Position numbers and translations under genes: made by a program. 64,000 bases of DNA from Escherichia phage KarlGJung: the sequence record MZ501089; one strand, written 5' to 3'. Position 1 is the stretch's first letter, and each line of letters begins with the position of its first letter. Below the pieces are notes generated by a model. That model did not search any database, was not told where the DNA came from, and was given only the letters and a program-made list of their open reading frames with translations. Below, piece after piece: positions 62,060 to 64,000 of this stretch.

Positions 62060-62317
62060 TTATTTTAAAACTTCTGCATAATCACATGTTACAAACTGTT
62101 TCTCTAGCTTAACGATCTTACGAAAATACCTTTTACACTGACGAATCTGCCGCTTCGTAGGACGTACAGCAAACTTAATAAATTCCACTCGACCAGATGG
62201 AGGACTTTCTTCTGGTGGAATATCTAATACCAATTCCCACGTATCTGCAATAAGTGCTTTGAATTGTGTATTTTTCCTGACGTTATACGGAGTAGGTTTA
62301 AATAAAACAATATGCAT
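62060..62317 (-). CDS. hypothetical protein (85 aa)
   Basis: ORF track; ATG start. Confidence 0.45.
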   Translation of the reverse strand: MHIVLFKPTPYNVRKNTQFKALIADTWELVLDIPPEESPPSGRVEFIKFAVRPTKRQIRQCKRYFRKIVKLEKQFVTCDYAEVLK

Positions 62318-62318
62318 A

Positions 62319-62501
62319 TTATCCTCGGCAATCTACTTCACACACTTTCTTGTCATCAATGAAAGCTTTAACTAATGCTTTATTAACTTCAGCATACTGA
62401 GTAGTAGCCCATTGAACGTCATCTTTCATCATTGTGGTTTCTTTAGTAAACATGCTTTCATTCTTAAACCACCCCATAAAAACTACCTTTAGCAATTCCA
62501 T
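62319..62501 (-). CDS. dmd: Dmd-like antitoxin (60 aa)
   Basis: 60-aa ORF immediately downstream of gene 41, the position and size of T4 dmd (61.5); early promoter upstream. Confidence 0.5.
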   Translation of the reverse strand: MELLKVVFMGWFKNESMFTKETTMMKDDVQWATTQYAEVNKALVKAFIDDKKVCEVDCRG

Positions 62502-62529
62502 AACAATCTCCTCATTTAACCAACAAGAC

Positions 62530-62561
62530 TACTATACCATAGTCTTGTCAGCTTGTAAACT
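62530..62561 (-). promoter_or_regulatory. early promoter upstream of the dmd-like gene
   Basis: Minus-sense GTTTAC, 18 nt, TATAGT; -35 overlaps the gene 41 stop. Confidence 0.45.
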
Positions 62562-63987
62562 AAAATTTTAATTCATTTGCCAAAGCATCTAACTGAGCTC
62601 GAGTCGATTCGTTTCTTTGATAGCGATTCTGCTCAGCTTGTATCTGTTGTGAACCTGCTACCTCACTCACTTCAGTTGGAGTAGAATCTTGTTCAATTTC
62701 TACCCATTTCTGATTTCCTTTTTGAACACCCATCAAAAACTTATTCCATTTGTTCTTATCGCCATATCGTGATTTGATTTGCTTAATGAGTTGTTGTTCA
62801 GCAGCTGCTAGCTCCTCGGTTTCAATGACCGCAAGCATAAAATCAGCTGTTGCTGGAAGACCGGCAGATTCTGCAATATCGCTCATGTTAACATCAGAAG
62901 AATCCCAAGCTTGTTTACCAACCTGTGCTGCAGTCCAAAGAACAGTTTCGGTTTCAACAGCAAGAGCACGTAATTCCTCTGCAATGGCTTTAACAGTTGT
63001 GTAACTATTTTCTGAGTAAACTCTAATGCGGCAAGATTTACAAATACCCAGATAGTCGACAATAATGATTGTTGGAACAAAATTCTTCTTGAGCTTTAAT
63101 TCGTTTAAAAGCGATCGAAATGTATTAGCATCTGCTCCACCAGTAGGATACTGTTTAACTATTAAACGACCGAGAGTAGATTTCTCGCGCCATTTTTCCA
63201 TTTTTCCTTTATACTCAGCGTAAGAAATATGCCCGTCATCAATGTCATCAAGAGAAACATCAAGCATATTAGCATCAATACGCTTAGCACAGACTTCTTC
63301 TGCCATTTCCATGGAAATGTAAAGAACATTATGTCCGAGCTGCAAATAATCTGCTGCCAATGAACACAGACCTAATGACTTACCGACGTTAACACCAGCC
63401 ATTAAAACGTTCAGTGTTCCAGTTTCAGCTCCACCTTTAGTAATTTTATTTAGAATTTTGAGTCTAAATGGAACCTTACGAGCTTTATTCATATAAGATA
63501 GCCAACGTGCTTCGTAGTCATCCATCCAATCATGACCAACGTAACTATCAAATGAAATTGATAATGCTTGGCGCATGATGTCAGGAATAGCACCTACATC
63601 TGGCATTTTCTTATTTCGTTTTTCCGGAGGAAGCTCAGCATTAGTTTGAATTTCAATTATTTTAGACGTAGCATTAAACATCGCCCTTTGCTGAACATAT
63701 TTTTCTGTTTCTTTTACTAACCAGCTATGGTCTTCTGGAGAATCGGCTAGTTTCGAAATAAGTGTTTTTACACCAGAATATTCTGTTTCAGTAAATGAAC
63801 TATTTTCTAATGCAACATTTAACGCATTAATAGATGGAACGCTATGGTACTCATTAACATGAGATTTAATTAATTTGAACGTATTTTTAGCTGGACCACT
63901 TTCAAAATATTCTGAATCCATATATGGCCAAACTTTTGAAAAATAAGCTTGATCAAATATGAGATGAGAAAGAATAATTTCTACCAC
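62560..63987 (-). CDS. 41: gp41 replicative DNA helicase (DnaB-like)
   Basis: 475 aa, MVEIILSHLIFDQAYFSKVWPYMD...; Walker A MAGVNVGKSLGL; start codon appears to be GTG preceded by AAGGAG. Confidence 0.93.
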   Translation of the reverse strand: MVEIILSHLIFDQAYFSKVWPYMDSEYFESGPAKNTFKLIKSHVNEYHSVPSINALNVALENSSFTETEYSGVKTLISKLADSPEDHSWLVKETEKYVQQRAMFNATSKIIEIQTNAELPPEKRNKKMPDVGAIPDIMRQALSISFDSYVGHDWMDDYEARWLSYMNKARKVPFRLKILNKITKGGAETGTLNVLMAGVNVGKSLGLCSLAADYLQLGHNVLYISMEMAEEVCAKRIDANMLDVSLDDIDDGHISYAEYKGKMEKWREKSTLGRLIVKQYPTGGADANTFRSLLNELKLKKNFVPTIIIVDYLGICKSCRIRVYSENSYTTVKAIAEELRALAVETETVLWTAAQVGKQAWDSSDVNMSDIAESAGLPATADFMLAVIETEELAAAEQQLIKQIKSRYGDKNKWNKFLMGVQKGNQKWVEIEQDSTPTEVSEVAGSQQIQAEQNRYQRNESTRAQLDALANELKF

Positions 63988-64000
63988 ACTTACTCCTTAA

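Overview
This 64 kb window is a contiguous stretch of a T-even (T4-like, Tevenvirinae) phage genome, running from the N-terminus of DNA ligase (gene 30) to the DnaB-like helicase (gene 41). I found no cellular genes, tRNAs, rRNAs or CRISPR arrays, and no clearly novel multi-gene system. All calls rest on reading the translated ORFs and recalling T4-family proteins; no database search was run. Gene order is T4-like: minus-strand early/middle genes (30, rIII, 31, cd, pseT, alc, rnlA, denA, nrdB, mobE-like HNH, nrdA, td, frd, 32, 59, 33, dsbA, rnh), then the plus-strand late long-tail-fiber module with the holin (34, 35, 36, 37, 38, t), then minus-strand genes again (asiA, arn, motA, 52, ac-like, stp, ndd, denB, rIIB, rIIA, 39, dexA, dda, modA, modB, soc, 56, dam, 61, sp-like, dmd-like, 41). 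The phage is T4-like but not T4 itself: gene 39 is one fused 605/606-aa ORF, gp38 is a 260-aa glycine-rich adhesin, and nrdB is uninterrupted. The td gene carries a 1016-nt group I intron encoding the I-TevI homing endonuclease. Regulatory signals are dense and typical: early promoters (GTTTAC, 17-18 nt spacer, TAnnAT-like -10), late promoters (TATAAATA), UUCG/GNRA hairpin terminators and the gene 32 operator. The most open questions are the many small ORFs (tiny membrane peptides, a NADAR-like protein, a paralogous pair, a cysteine-rich protein, one opposite-strand membrane ORF) and a possible antisense middle promoter. The ORF track over-extends many N-termini by using TTG/GTG starts; I trimmed to the first ATG with a Shine-Dalgarno where I could check it. 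Coordinates of short motifs are approximate (+/- 2 nt).
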